Of a stretch of 64,000 nt of DNA, positions 13,900 to 30,994 are shown piece by piece (the stretch's first letter is position 1; each line of letters opens with the position of its first letter). This DNA is from Anaeramoeba ignava BMAN. Lineage: Eukaryota; Protista; Anaeramoebae. The notes under the pieces are model-generated. The model was not told the origin of the DNA. It saw only the letters and a list, made by a program, of their open reading frames with translations, and made no database searches. The DNA is taken from NCBI GenBank assembly GCA_028826165.1, contig JAPDFW010000053.1, forward strand, positions 611,904 through 675,903. The letters run 5' to 3'. Both the position numbers and the translations under genes were made by a program.

Positions 13900-16800
13900 T
13901 TAAATCAAATCTTGAATTTTGAAATAATCTGGATGAGAAAAGTATCTATAAATCTTTTCAATATATAAATCAATTGATGAATTAATATTTAATTGATAAT
14001 AATCCTTTGCATCTTGAATTTCTTTGATAAGATCTTCAGGAAAATCTTGTAGATAGTCATTATAAATAAAGAAAACCAAGTGTTGAAAAGTTTTGAAAGA
14101 ATGAGATCCATAATTATTAACTTGATTTGAATCATCATTGACACTAATAAACATTCCATGAAAAAGATCAGATCTTGCACAAAGAACCAAACGATGAACT
14201 TTGATTTTTTCTCCTTCTGATTCAAATATAACTGTGAAATCCTTAGTTTTTTCATCAGTATAAAGTTTTCTCAAATCTCTTAATAATCCAATTTTTCCTC
14301 TTTTTTGAAATTCCCAATTTTCATTAAATCCAATATTTGTGGCTATTTCTTGAATATCTTTTTTGTTTTGGAAATAATTTTCAATATTGATTCTTCCTGA
14401 ATAAAGAAATTCCATGAAAATTGTTGCTTTTTTAACATCAATTTTTCCCATTTCATTTACAAAATTTTTCATATTTGCTTCTCCTATTCTTAATTCTATA
14501 ATTAATTTATGAGCAGATAATTTTCCATCTAAACATTGAATATTGTAATCAACTAATTCTTGTCTTTTAAATAATTCTAAGAAATCGTCTTGATAACTAC
14601 TAAAAGTTTTCATTAAGATTTTTGTATCTGCTTTCAAGACATTAAGTTTCTCTTGCTAAATAAAACGAATATTTTTAAATATTATTAAATATTTTTAAAT
14701 ATTTTTGAATATTAAATATTTTAAATATTTTTAAATATTTTTAAATATTTTTAAATATTATTAAATATTATTAAATATTTTTAAATAATATTAAATATTA
14801 TTAAATATTTTTGAATAATTTTGATTATTTTTATATATTTACAGTAACATATTTTTGATCAGCTCCATACCAAAGAAGTAAACCAATAATTTTTATTGAA
14901 TCACTTTGCTTTAAAGAAAAAAGAAATGAACTGTTTTTTAAAGAAGGTCTGTTTGGATCTGCACCTGCTTTTAATAGCTCATGAATTTGTTCAAAATAAT
15001 CTTGATAATAGTAATATTTTTGAACCAAATACTTCAATTCAGTTGAATGTTTATTATTGATTTGATCAACTTTATATCCATTTTGTAATAAAATTTTCAT
15101 TGATTCCAAATTGGGTGAATAACTTTCACAAATAAAATGCATTGGCGTATTTTTATCTTGATTCAATGCATTCACATCTGGTTTGAGACTCATCATTAAG
15201 TGAATAAGTTCTGTTTGTTTTGGGTCGTATCTGCATATTTCATGAAGTATTGTGTTGTTTTGAGGAAGAAGTAAATTTGGATCAATAAGTTTTCTTTTGA
15301 AAAAAACTTTCATAAAATCAAATTTTGTTGAATAAGAAATTGGGAAAAAAAGACGAAGACATTTCTTAATGCTTTTTTCAGAAGGTTTCTTATCAAGCAA
15401 TGATTCAAGTGTTTGGACATTTTGAATATGTCCTTTTATATAATGAAAAACTGCAATATTTCCATCAATATCTCTTAAATTTGTGTCGATATTTTTGCCA
15501 ATCAAATATTCAATAAAGGCGTTAGAATAATAGTTTTTTTTCAAAGTGAAAGTCAAAGCATTTTCCTTGACCGAATTAATGTGATGAATATCTGCGCCTT
15601 TTTCTTCAAGAAAATCAGCTATTCTTGGAGCTAATTCGCTGATTTCGTTTCCATTTACACTTTCTCCAAGATAAAAATACGCGGTATTTCCATCATTATC
15701 GACCATATTCAAATCTGCGCCTTTTTCAATCAAGAAACTGACTAATTCAAGCGATGTTGGTGAGCGACAAGCAAGCATTAATGGTGTCTGTTTTTTGAGC
15801 GATATTGAGTTGATTTTACTTCCTTTTTGAAGAAGAAGATCCACAACATTTGCCGGGTAATTTCCTGAACAAACAAGATGAAGTGGTGAATAAAATGAAT
15901 TGGGAACTTTTTCAATTTCCATTCCAAAATCAAGAAAAGTTTCAACAGTAATTATGCTATTTGAATTCAAATAAATCTCCTGGAATAACTTGTTCAAATC
16001 TATTTCCAGTTTATTTGCTTTTTCAAGAACAAGACTTAATAACTCTTTATTTTTTATTACAGTTCTTGTTATGTATATTAAGTTTGATTCTGGGATTTTT
16101 TCCTGGCTCAAATAATCCCCATAAATTTTTTTTAAATCCTCAATATTGTTCTCATTAATTTTGGAAGAAATTTTATTGTAAAAATTCAAAGTTGTGCAAA
16201 TTTTGACTTTCATCAATTTATACATGTCAATCAAATCATTATTGAAATTGTAATTGGAAATAATGTAATCAAAAGCTGTTCGACGGTTATAATTTTGGAA
16301 AATAGGATCTGCTCCTAAATCAACGAGTAATTTGATCAAATCAATTTTAACTTGTTTTTGGCAAATAATAATAAGTGGAGTGCTTCTATTGGCTGTATCA
16401 GGTTGATTTATATCGACTCCCAAATCAACTAAATATTTGATAACTTCAGGTCGAGCAGGAGATACATCGACTTCTCTGAGAAGCACTTTTTTCTTCATTT
16501 CTTCTGTTAAAGCTCCCTTTGAAACAGCCAATTTGAGATTTTCCAAATTTACTTTTTTGGAAATCAAATATTCAAGTTCGTTTTTCCATTTAGCTCCATT
16601 TTCAAAAGCAAAACCAATCATTTCTGAATTAATAGATTTCTGCGTAAAAAGATGACATAAAAAAGTCATTCCTTCTCGATCCTCTTGATTAATTTCAGCT
16701 CCATTTTGAATCAAAAATTTGAGTACTTCGATATTATCATTATATATTCCTGCTGCATGAAGAAGATTTCTTGAATGAATATCCTTTATTTTTGGATCGG

Positions 16801-17275
16801 CTCCATTTTCAATTAAAATTCTCATAATTTCGATTGGACTTTTATGGCGAATTGAGTGCCAAATGGGAGTTTGATTCATTTTATCTCCTTTATCTATTTT
16901 CGATCCTGATTTAATTAAGAATTCAATTAATTCCTTTGGATTTTCATAATATCTTATTGCAAAATGAAGTGCTGCTCGTGATCTTCTATCAGGAATATTT
17001 GGATCAGCTCCTAATTCAATTAGAGATTTAATTATTTCTAGTGGTTTATTTGATGCTATTGCTCGAATTAGTGGTGTTCTTCTACTTCTTCCATTTGTAT
17101 TATTAATATCTCCTCCTTCTGCTATTAATGATTTAATTGTTTCAATATTTCCATCTTTTTCAATACATCTGTTTATAAGAAAATTAAATTGTTTCAATTT
17201 TCTATTTTCTTTTTCGTTTAAATTTTTATTTTGGTTTTGATTTTGATTTTGATTTTGATTTTGATTTGAATCCAT
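13900..17275 (-). CDS. Divergent ankyrin-repeat + tandem BTB/POZ protein (2 exons: 17275-14843, 14655-13900)
   Basis: Ankyrin motifs (RTPLIRAI, QTPLMLAC, GADPN). A phase-0 GT..AG intron at 14842-14656 joins YVT to QEKLNVLKADT. C-terminal BTBs: LSAHKLIIELR and KDFTVIF...KVHRLVLCARSDLFHGMF. Confidence 0.88.
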
Positions 17276-17394
17276 TTTAATTGTTTATTTTTTTTTGAAA
17301 TAAAAAAAATGAAAAAAAATTTTTTTGTTTTTATTTTTATTCTTTTATTTAAATTACGTCATTTATAATAAAAAAAATTAATTATTAATAATTA

Positions 17395-17762
17395 AATTAT
17401 TTCTAAATCTCTTATTAAATTAATTTGACATTTTTTTTCTTAAATTTCTTATTAAATTATTTCTAAATTTCTTATTAAATTATTTCTAAATTTCTTATTA
17501 AATTATTTCTAAATTTCTTATTAAATTATTTTTAAATCTTCTTATTAAATTAATTCTAAATTTCTTATTAAATTATTTCTTGATTTCTTATTAAATTATT
17601 TCTAAATTTCTTATTAAATTATTTCTAAATTAATTTGACATTTTTTTTCTTAATTTCTTATTAAATTAATTCTAAATTTCTTATTAAATTATTTTTAAAT
17701 CAATTTGACATTTTTTTCTTAAATTTTCTTATTAAATTATTTCTAAATTAATTTGGCATTTT
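17395..17762. repeat. 23-bp minisatellite (TTCTAAATTTCTTATTAAATTAT) immediately downstream of the RTEL1 stop
   Basis: More than 10 visible tandem units, interleaved with a TAATTTGACATTTTTTT variant. Confidence 0.85.
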
Positions 17763-17765
17763 TTG

Positions 17766-20700
17766 CTAATTAAAAAGATTTCGAAATTTTTGAGGAACAA
17801 AACTTGAAAATTTGTTTAATAATTCTTGTTCATTTTGAATATTAATTCTATTTTTAATAATTTCTGAAATTTGTTTCCATAATCCAAATTTTAATTCTTC
17901 ATCTTTAGTTTTTTGTGCTTTATGTGCATTCATTAAAAGATTTGAAAATTCTTCCCATTTATCAGGAATTTTACTTGAAAGTTCTTTTAAAACTAAATTA
18001 ATTTGTCCTCTTTTTCGTGGTTTTTTTTTCACATTTTCTTGAATATTTTCAATTTCTTTTGGTTTTTCATTTGTTTTTATTTGTTGATTATTTATTGTGT
18101 TTGATTTTGTTAAATTTGAATTATTTTCAGGAAGTAAATTAGTTGTAGTTGTGAAAATATTTGAATTAAAATTATTATTTTGATTAAAATTATTATTAGA
18201 ATTAAAATTATTATTAGAATTAAATTTATTATTTTGATTAAAATTATTATTTTGATTAAAATTATTTTTTGAATTAAAATTATTATTTGAATTAAAATTA
18301 TTTTTTGAATTAAAATTATTATTTTGATTAAAATTATTATTTTGATTAAAATTATTTTTTGGATTAAAATTATTATTAGAATTAAAATTATTATTTTGAT
18401 TATTAAATTATTATTTGAATTAAAATTATTTTTGAATTAAAATTATTATTAGAATTAAAATTATTTTTAGAATTAAAATTATTATTTGAATTAAAATTAT
18501 TATTAGAATTAAAATTATTTTTTGGATTAAAATTATTATTTTGATTAAAATTATTATTTGAATTAAAATTATTATTAGAATTAAAATTATTATTTTGATT
18601 AAAATTATTATTTGAATTAAAATTATTATTTGAATTAAAATTATTATTTGAATTAAAATTATTTTTTGGATTAAAATTATTTTTGGATTAAAATTATTTT
18701 TTTGATTAAAATTATTATTTGGATTAAAATTATTTTTTGGATTAAAATTATTATTTTGATTAAAATTATTATTTTGATTAAAATTATTCGAATTGGAATT
18801 ATTCAATCTTATTTTGCTTTCAAATTCTCCTTCTATTTTTGAATTTTTTCTTTCTTGTTTCAATTTTTTTTCTTTTTTCTTTTCTTTGATTTTTGATATT
18901 TTATTAGAAATAGATTTTTTTGCATTTGATTTTTTTTGGGGTTTAAAATCAACAATATTTTCAAAAAATATAGAAAGAGTTTGTTCAGCTTGGATTATAT
19001 TTGAATAATTATTAATTGATTTACGAAACCATCTAAAAAAGAATTAATTGAGAAAAAGGAAAGAATGAATTTTTTGGATTGATTTTTTTTCTCTTTAAAA
19101 AAATATATTGATTACTTTGATAATTGACGTTGGTTATTCATTTCACAAAATCTTTCATCACATAAAATAATTGCTCCATAATCATTTTTATGTCTAAAAA
19201 TTCTACCAACTGCTTGATTTACAGCTCTGCTTGCTTGTTGACAAAACCATTCATCACCTGATAAAAGAGCACCATGATTTCCTTGTTGATAATTTCTTCT
19301 ATCTAAAAATATTTTTTTATTTTTAACTTTAGGATCTTGAACTGATGGAAAAGGAACACCTAATTTTGAATTTAATTTATTTTAATTTTAATTTTAATTT
19401 AAATTTTAATTTTAATTTTAATTTTAAATTTAATTTTTATTTTAATTTTGATTTTAATTTTGATTTTAATTTTAATTTTATAAATGAATTTTAATTTTAA
19501 TTTAAATTTTGATTTTATAAATGAATTTTAATTTTGATTTTAATTTTAATTTTAATTTTAATTTTAATTTTAATTTTGATTTTTATTTTGATTTTGATTT
19601 TGATTTTGATTTTGATTTAAATTTTGATTTTAATTTTGATTTAAATTTTGATTTTAATTTTGATTTAAATTTTGATTTTGATTTTAATATTGATTTTGAT
19701 TTTAATATTGATTTTGATTTTGATTTTGATTTAAATTGTAAAATATATACCAGTTATTATTACTGCACGTCCATTATTATCAGCAAAATCTAAACCTTCA
19801 GATACTTTTCCTCTAGTTACAGCAAAAAAAATAGCACCAGTTTTTGAGTTTCTATTTTGTAAAGTATAAGAATCCATAACATCAGAAAGAGTTGAATTAT
19901 CAGTTGGTTCAATAAAAGCTTTTTTAGAAGAAACAATAGTATTCCAAACAGAAGATTTTTGCCAAGATTTGATGCACATATTCATAACAGAAAAAGAAGG
20001 GAAAAAAACAAGAACACCTGAAGGAACAATTTTGACCAACCGACAAATACTCATTCCAAGTTCATTTTGATAAGATTCATTACTTCGATTTTTGAATGAA
20101 GAATTTAAATTAGTTCCAGATGGCCCGAATTTAAGGGCACCAATCCAGGCTTGTTGGGAAATGTCAATTACATGCTCGCCTTCTAATTGGATCTGAAAAG
20201 GTATTTTGAATTCAATCTCAAAAGACTCTAAAGGTGATAGTGTTCCAGAAGTGAGAACTATTGTTCGCGGTTTTTTTTTCACGATTTGCTGCATGACAAC
20301 TCCAGGACTGAAGCAGTAGAAGTTCAACGTGAAGACCTCTGTTTGTTCCTTGTTCTGGAACCTTGCATTGGAATTATCCCGATCATTTTGCACAATACGC
20401 TTCTTGTTTGCCAGTTCTCCAAATTGCAAATGGACGACATAATCGGAAATACTTTCGGGATATTTCTTGTTTTCATCCGCTTCAATTTCATCATCTTCTG
20501 AAAAGAGAATTTTCAAAAAATCCTGGAATATTTGGAGATCGTTTCCCGTGATGTATTTTGGTTTGTACATCGATGACTTTCCTGCTGCCTCAAGTTGTTC
20601 TTGAATTGCAATCAAGTTTAGAGCATCGTGGATTGTTCTTCGAATCACATTTACGGATTGGAATGTGATGTTGACTTGTGCGAATAAGTTATATAGAAAC

Positions 20701-23036
20701 TCGCCGTTCTGTGTAAGCTCTTTCTGTGTGGATAGATGTTGAATCTTCTGCTCAATTTTCGAAATGACTGTCTTCAAAATAAGTAGATCTTCTTCAGTCG
20801 GAAGTGAATTTTCAGAAACCTCATTATGATCCCCATTTTTGCTATTGCTTTTCTCGCTGTTGAAACTGAAGTCCTTTCTTTCGTTCCGATCCTCATTCAA
20901 TTTGTCTAGTAAACTCTTATCTATTCCGTGTCCGTTTCCTTGATAAAACTTAAGAAATTTTATAGCATAATCGATTTCGTTCAAACATTTTTTTGAATGT
21001 TGACTTGTATATTCAAAAGAAGCCGCATCGCTGCAAATTTGTTCGAGATTATGAGCCTCGTCGAAGATGATTATGCTCTCCTCGAGCTCGATTTTCAATG
21101 TTTTTCGTGTTGTTGGACTGATCAAATATTGGAACGGAATAAATAAAATATCAGCTTCTTTTTGCATTTCTCGACTTAAATAAAACGGACACACTTGATT
21201 TTTAACTCCAAAAGAAACAAGATCTTCGATATCCATAATTTTGTCCGAAATTCCTGATTTTTTACGAAAATAATCGAGGTTTTCTAAATAAATGCATTTG
21301 TGATTTTTTTGTAAATTCCGACATATTTTATTTTGAATGTAAATGTTTTTTTTGAAGTTTTTCACGACGTTGTTTATGCATAATTGTTCTCTTGATCCAA
21401 GTACTCCCATCTTGATTTCGTGATGATATTCCGTTTTTTTTAATTCAGATATTGTTTGTGTTAATTGACTGTGTGTTCTTGCTGCAAATATTATTCGGGG
21501 AAGTTTATGTGTTTTGGTTTTCCCGACTATTTTTTGGAGTTTTTGGATTTCTTGTGAGTCTCCCAAACTATTTATATTGAATATTGAAAATTAAATTGAA
21601 TTGAATTGAATTGAATTAAATATTGAATATTGAATTGAATTGAATTGAATTAAATATTGAATATTGAATATTGAATATTGAATATTGAATTAAATATTGA
21701 ATATTGAATATTGAATATTGAATATTGAATATTGAATTGAATTAAATATTAAATTAAATATTGAATTGAATTGAATTGAATTGAATTGAATTGAATTGAA
21801 TATTGAATTGAATTGAATTGAATTAAATATTAAATATTGAATTGAATTGAATATTAAATATTTAATATTGAATATTGAATATTGAATTAAATATTGAATA
21901 TTGAATATTGAATAATGAATATTGAATTGAATTGAATTGAATTGAATTCAATAAAAATATTAAAAATTGATTGAATATTGAATTGAATTAAATGAATTGA
22001 ATTAAATATTGAATATTGAATATTGAATAAAATATTGAATATTGAATTGAATTGAATTGAATTGAATTCAATATTAAATATTAAAAATTGATTGAATATT
22101 AAATATTAAAAATTGATTGAATATTAAATATTAAAAATTGATTGAATATTAAATATTAAAAATTGATTGAATATTGAATTGAATTAAATATTGAATATTG
22201 AAATGAATATTAAATATTGAATATTGAATATTGAATTAAATTAAATATTGAATTGAATTGAATTGAATATTGAATTGAATATTGAATATTGAATATTGAA
22301 TTGAATATTGAATATTGAATATTGAATATTGAATATTGAAATATCGAATATTGAATATTGAATATTGAATATTGAATTGAATTAAATATTGAATATTGAA
22401 TTGAATTGAATTGAATTGAATATTGAATATTAAATATTGAATTAAATTGAATTGAATTGAATTGAATTGAATATTGAATTGAATTGAATTGAATTGAATA
22501 TTGAATTGAATATTGAATATTGAATTGAATTGAATTGAATTGAATTGAATTGAATATTGAATATTAAATATTGAATTGAATTGAATTGAATTGAATTGAA
22601 TTGAATTGAATTGAATTGAATATTGAATATTAAATATTGAATTGAATTGAATTGAATTGAATTGAATTGAATTGAATTGAATTGAATATTGAATATTGAA
22701 TTGAATTGAATATTAAATATTGAATATTGATTTGAATTTAACCTATTTTGTAATTCTATAAGCCTTTTATATTGTTGTCTCCAAGCAAGAGTTGCACAAA
22801 GTAAACATAAAGTTTTTCCTTAACGTATATTTTAATTATAAATTTTATTTAAATAAAAAAAATATTTGGGAAAAGATAATTAAATAAAAATAAATACCAG
22901 TTCCTGTTGGACTTTCTAATAAAGCATTTTCAGAATTTTGTAATGCTTTTATTACTTTTCCCATATAAGCTAATTGAGTTGGATAAGGTTCATAAGGAAA
23001 AAGAACAGGAATTTCATGTATAATATTTTCAGTCAT
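17766..23036 (-). CDS. RTEL1: RTEL1-like Fe-S (XPD/Rad3 family) DNA helicase, 5 exons
   Basis: FPYEPYPTQ (Q motif), LLESPTGTG|[18 protein letters not shown], four Fe-S cysteines (SREQLC..IC..C..CPFY), [38 protein letters not shown]|[23 protein letters not shown], and a C-terminal harmonin-like segment ending FSSFVP. Introns 22897-22819, 22742-21568, 19750-19360 and 19115-19033 are all GT..AG and phase-consistent. One 1-nt indel near 19168 and further indels in the Asn repeat. Confidence 0.92.
18165..18790 (-). repeat. Coding 18-bp tandem repeat encoding NNNFN[Q/S/P] in the RTEL1 linker
   Basis: Plus-strand units such as GATTAAAATTATTATTTT and GAATTAAAATTATTATTA, roughly 30-35 copies between the helicase core and the C-terminal domain. 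Confidence 0.85.
19360..19750 (-). repeat. RTEL1 intron 3, filled by AAAATT/AAAATC hexamers (sense strand)
   Basis: GT..AG boundaries restore the conserved ITG|VPFP motif; the interior is a hexamer repeat. Confidence 0.88.
21568..22742 (-). repeat. RTEL1 intron 2 (1175 nt), filled by CAATT/CAATATT repeats (sense strand)
   Basis: Plus-strand AATTG/AATATTG array bounded by GT..AG. Confidence 0.9.
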
Positions 23037-23305
23037 TTTTTATTTAAGAAAAAAAGAAAAAAAGAAAAAAAGAAAAATGATTTACGTTCAAAATTAAAAA
23101 AAATTTTTTCATTCATACTTTTCGGTTTTTTTTTTTAAATTATAAATTATAAATTATAAATTATAAATTTGAAAAAACAAAAGATTTGGGAATTAATTTT
23201 TTTGAATAGATTAAAAAAAATTAAAAAAAAATTTTAAAATTATTTTTTTCATTTTTTTTTGTTCTTTTTTCTTTCTTTTTCCCTTTTTTTTTGCTCTTCT
23301 TTATC

Positions 23306-27998
<4,693 letters not shown>

Positions 27999-28242
27999 CG
28001 ATCCAAAATTAAGAAAAAAAAAATCTTTTTAAAAATTATTCGAAAATTTTATTTAAAAAAAAAAAAAAAGAAAAAGAAATAATTTTATCAAAAAAAATCA
28101 AATCAAATCAAATCAAATCAAATCAAATCTTTTTTTCTTCTTCTTTTTCTTCTTTTTTTTTTAAAAAAAAAAGAAATGAACCAATTTGTTTTGTATTTAC
28201 TCTCAAAAAAAAAAACAAATTTTTCAGTAAAAGTTTATTTTT

Positions 28243-28278
28243 TCATTTTTTCATTTTTTCATTTTTTTCATTTTTTTT
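28243..28278 (+). promoter_or_regulatory. Clustered TCATTTT Initiator-like core-promoter motifs upstream of the Sec24-like ATG
   Basis: Four TCATTTT copies 20-50 nt upstream of ATG 28295. The same sense-strand motif precedes most genes in the window and matches the parabasalid Inr TCA(+1)Y(T/A). Confidence 0.6.
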
Positions 28279-28294
28279 TAAATTTAAAAATTAA

Positions 28295-30948
28295 ATGCAA
28301 ATTAATCAAATAATTGGTAAAAATTAAAAATAAAAATTTAATAAATAAAAAATAAAATTAATTTTGATTGAAAAATAGAAAAAAATGAAAAAAATCAAAA
28401 TCAATTTATAAACTTTTCACTTAAATCAATTCCAAATTCACCAAAATTATTACAAGAAATGAAAATTCCATTTACAATTTCAATTTCACCATTTTTTGAT
28501 AAAAATTACAAAAATAATTCTCAAGTATTCGATCAAAAAAAAATTATTTCTTCAATCAATTTAATTTTTTTGAATTTTAATTTAAATTTGAATTTGAATT
28601 TGAATTTTAAAAGGAAATTTATTCAACAAAATATAGAAATGATTCAGTTTGTAAATGTAAAAAATGTGGAGGAATTTTTAATTGTTTTGTTAATTTTTTG
28701 GAAGAAAAAAAAGCATGGAAATGTAATTTTTGTGGAACAATAAATCCAACAATATCTGAATATTTCAAAAATTTGGAATCAAATAATTTCAATTATCAAG
28801 AAAAACCTGAACTTATTTATCCTGTTATTGATTTTGTTGTTGATAATCAAAATTTTAATTTTTCACAATTAATTCCAAGTTATTTATTTTTAATTGATGT
28901 TAGTTTGAATGCAATCAATTCAGGATTTCTTGATTTAACAACAAAAACAATCAACGAAATGATTCAGAAATCAAAAATTGATGGTGGTTCAAAAGCAAAT
29001 ATTGGAATAATCACTTATAATTCATCGATTCATTTTTATATTATGAATAAGAAATCACAAAATCCTCAAGTTATTGTTTATCCAGATATTGAAAAAATAG
29101 AAATTCCAAATGGTGGTTTATTTCTGCCTTTGGAAGATTGTTCTGAGAAGTTAAATCAAATTCTCAATTCTTTGCCTCAATTATTTTCAAAAGATAATGA
29201 TATTGAATCATATCTTGATCGTGCTTTGGTTGCAGTAGAAAAAATAATGGTTAGATTCAAATAAAAAAATGCAATTAAGAAGCTCAAAATTAAAAAAATT
29301 CAAAATTAAAAAATACTAAGAAAAAAACAGGAGGAAAGTTGATAATATTTCAACATGAAATTCCTACATCTCCATTTTTGAAAATGAGACAAAAAATTAA
29401 CCAAGAAGATATTGGAACACTTCGTGAATCTATCATTTTCAATCCTCATTTTGATGGAAATTTTTTTCGGAATTTTGCAGTTTCTTGTGCAAGAAAAAAA
29501 ACATCAATTAATATGTTTATTTTTGCAAAGGATTATGTTGATATTGCAACACTTAGTGTGATGCCTAAATATTCTTCTGGAAAATTATTTTATTATCAAA
29601 AATTTGATTCATCCAATATAGATCATCAAAACCAATTTAAAAATGATTTGAAAAATTTACTCAAAGAAAAAACAGGATGGGATTCACAAATAGAAATTCA
29701 TTCATCAAAAAATTTTGAAATTTCTGATGTTTTTGGCAATTTCGCAACTTATTCAGTGAATTTGATTTATATTCCAATTTTATCAAATATATCAAATTTA
29801 ATTCTTGTATTTAATCTTCTTGATGAATTAAAAACAATGAATTTTGCTTATTTTCAACTTGTATTTCCGTGTGTTTTTTATTTCAAAAATTATATTTTTC
29901 ATAAGAATTTAAAATGATTTTTATTAAATATTTAATGTTCAATTTCAATAGATTTATAAATGGAAATTTTCAAAGAATTCTTAGAGTGATTAATGGAAGA
30001 GTAAATATTATTACAAATATTTTGGAAGCATTTTCTTCAATTCAAGTTGATGTTATAATGGATTATTTTATGAAAAGAGGTTTTTTTTTTTAAAAAATTC
30101 AAATTATAATTCAAATTCAAAAATATATAATATTTTAATTAGCAATTACAACTATTTTTGAAGATGGTTTTAAAAATGCAAAAGAATTATTATTTAATCG
30201 TTGTTTGAATATTTTGAAAGTTTATCAAAAATATTTCCATCCTGATAATCAATTAGCAAATCAAAAAATTATTTCATTCCAGATTCATTGAATTCTTTAC
30301 AATTATATATATATTATTCAATGGAAGTAATTTATTTAAAAATTTAAAAAATTAAATTCAAAAAATTAATTTCAAAAAATTTTTTATTAAAATAGAACAT
30401 CATTTTTAATCATGATAAGTTTATAAATGTAGATGAAATTAGTTTCCAAATATTTAAGATTTATTGTGAATCAAGATTTAAAATGTTAACATTTATTATT
30501 CCTGAATTATATCAAATTGTAAAAAACAAAAAGAAAAAGAAAATTTTTTTGAATTAAAATTTTTTCTTTGTTTTTATTTTGAAATATTTAGAGTTTCAAT
30601 CAAGAAATCAAATTCGAAATGTTTTTCAATAAAAAAATACTTTCATTAAATGATTTAAAAATGGATGAAATTCATTTAATGATTCAAAGTGAAAAAATAT
30701 ATATTTTAATTCCAAAAAATATAAAAGAAAAAAATATTAAAATTGATCCAAAAATTGAATTAAATTTTTATCATTTAAAAAAATTTCTTAGAACAATTTT
30801 TCCTTTTAGTTTTTTAATTGAAATTATTGAAGAAAAAGAAAATAGAGAAAGATTTAATGAATTATTTTTATTATTTTCAAATTTAAAAGGAAAAGGAAAT
30901 GAAAATTTTGAAAACTTTCAAAACCTTTTATTTTCTAAATTAAATTAA
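28295..30948 (+). CDS. SEC24: Divergent Sec24-like COPII inner-coat protein (~8 exons)
   Basis: FINFSLKSIPNSPKLLQEMKIPFTISISPF, Zn finger CKKCGGIFNCFVNF...WKCNFC, KPELIYPVIDF, trunk PSYLFLIDVSLNAINSGFL...IGIITYNSSIHFY, YVDIATLS..PKYSSGKLFYY, RILRVI beta-sandwich. Several short GT..AG introns, e.g. 28317-28378 and 28525-28613. Confidence 0.85.
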
Positions 30949-30994
30949 AAATTTAAAAAAATCATTTTTTTCATTTTTTTCCTTTTTTTTTAAA

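Noticed and set aside
20050-21560. Second intein or foreign insertion in the GC-richer part of RTEL1
   Set aside because: The translation is colinear with RTEL1 motifs and has no Cys/Ser...His-Asn intein blocks.
21568-22742. AATTG repeats in RTEL1 as interstitial telomeric sequence
   Set aside because: No G-run telomere-type unit, and the same repeat occurs in an unrelated RRM gene intron.
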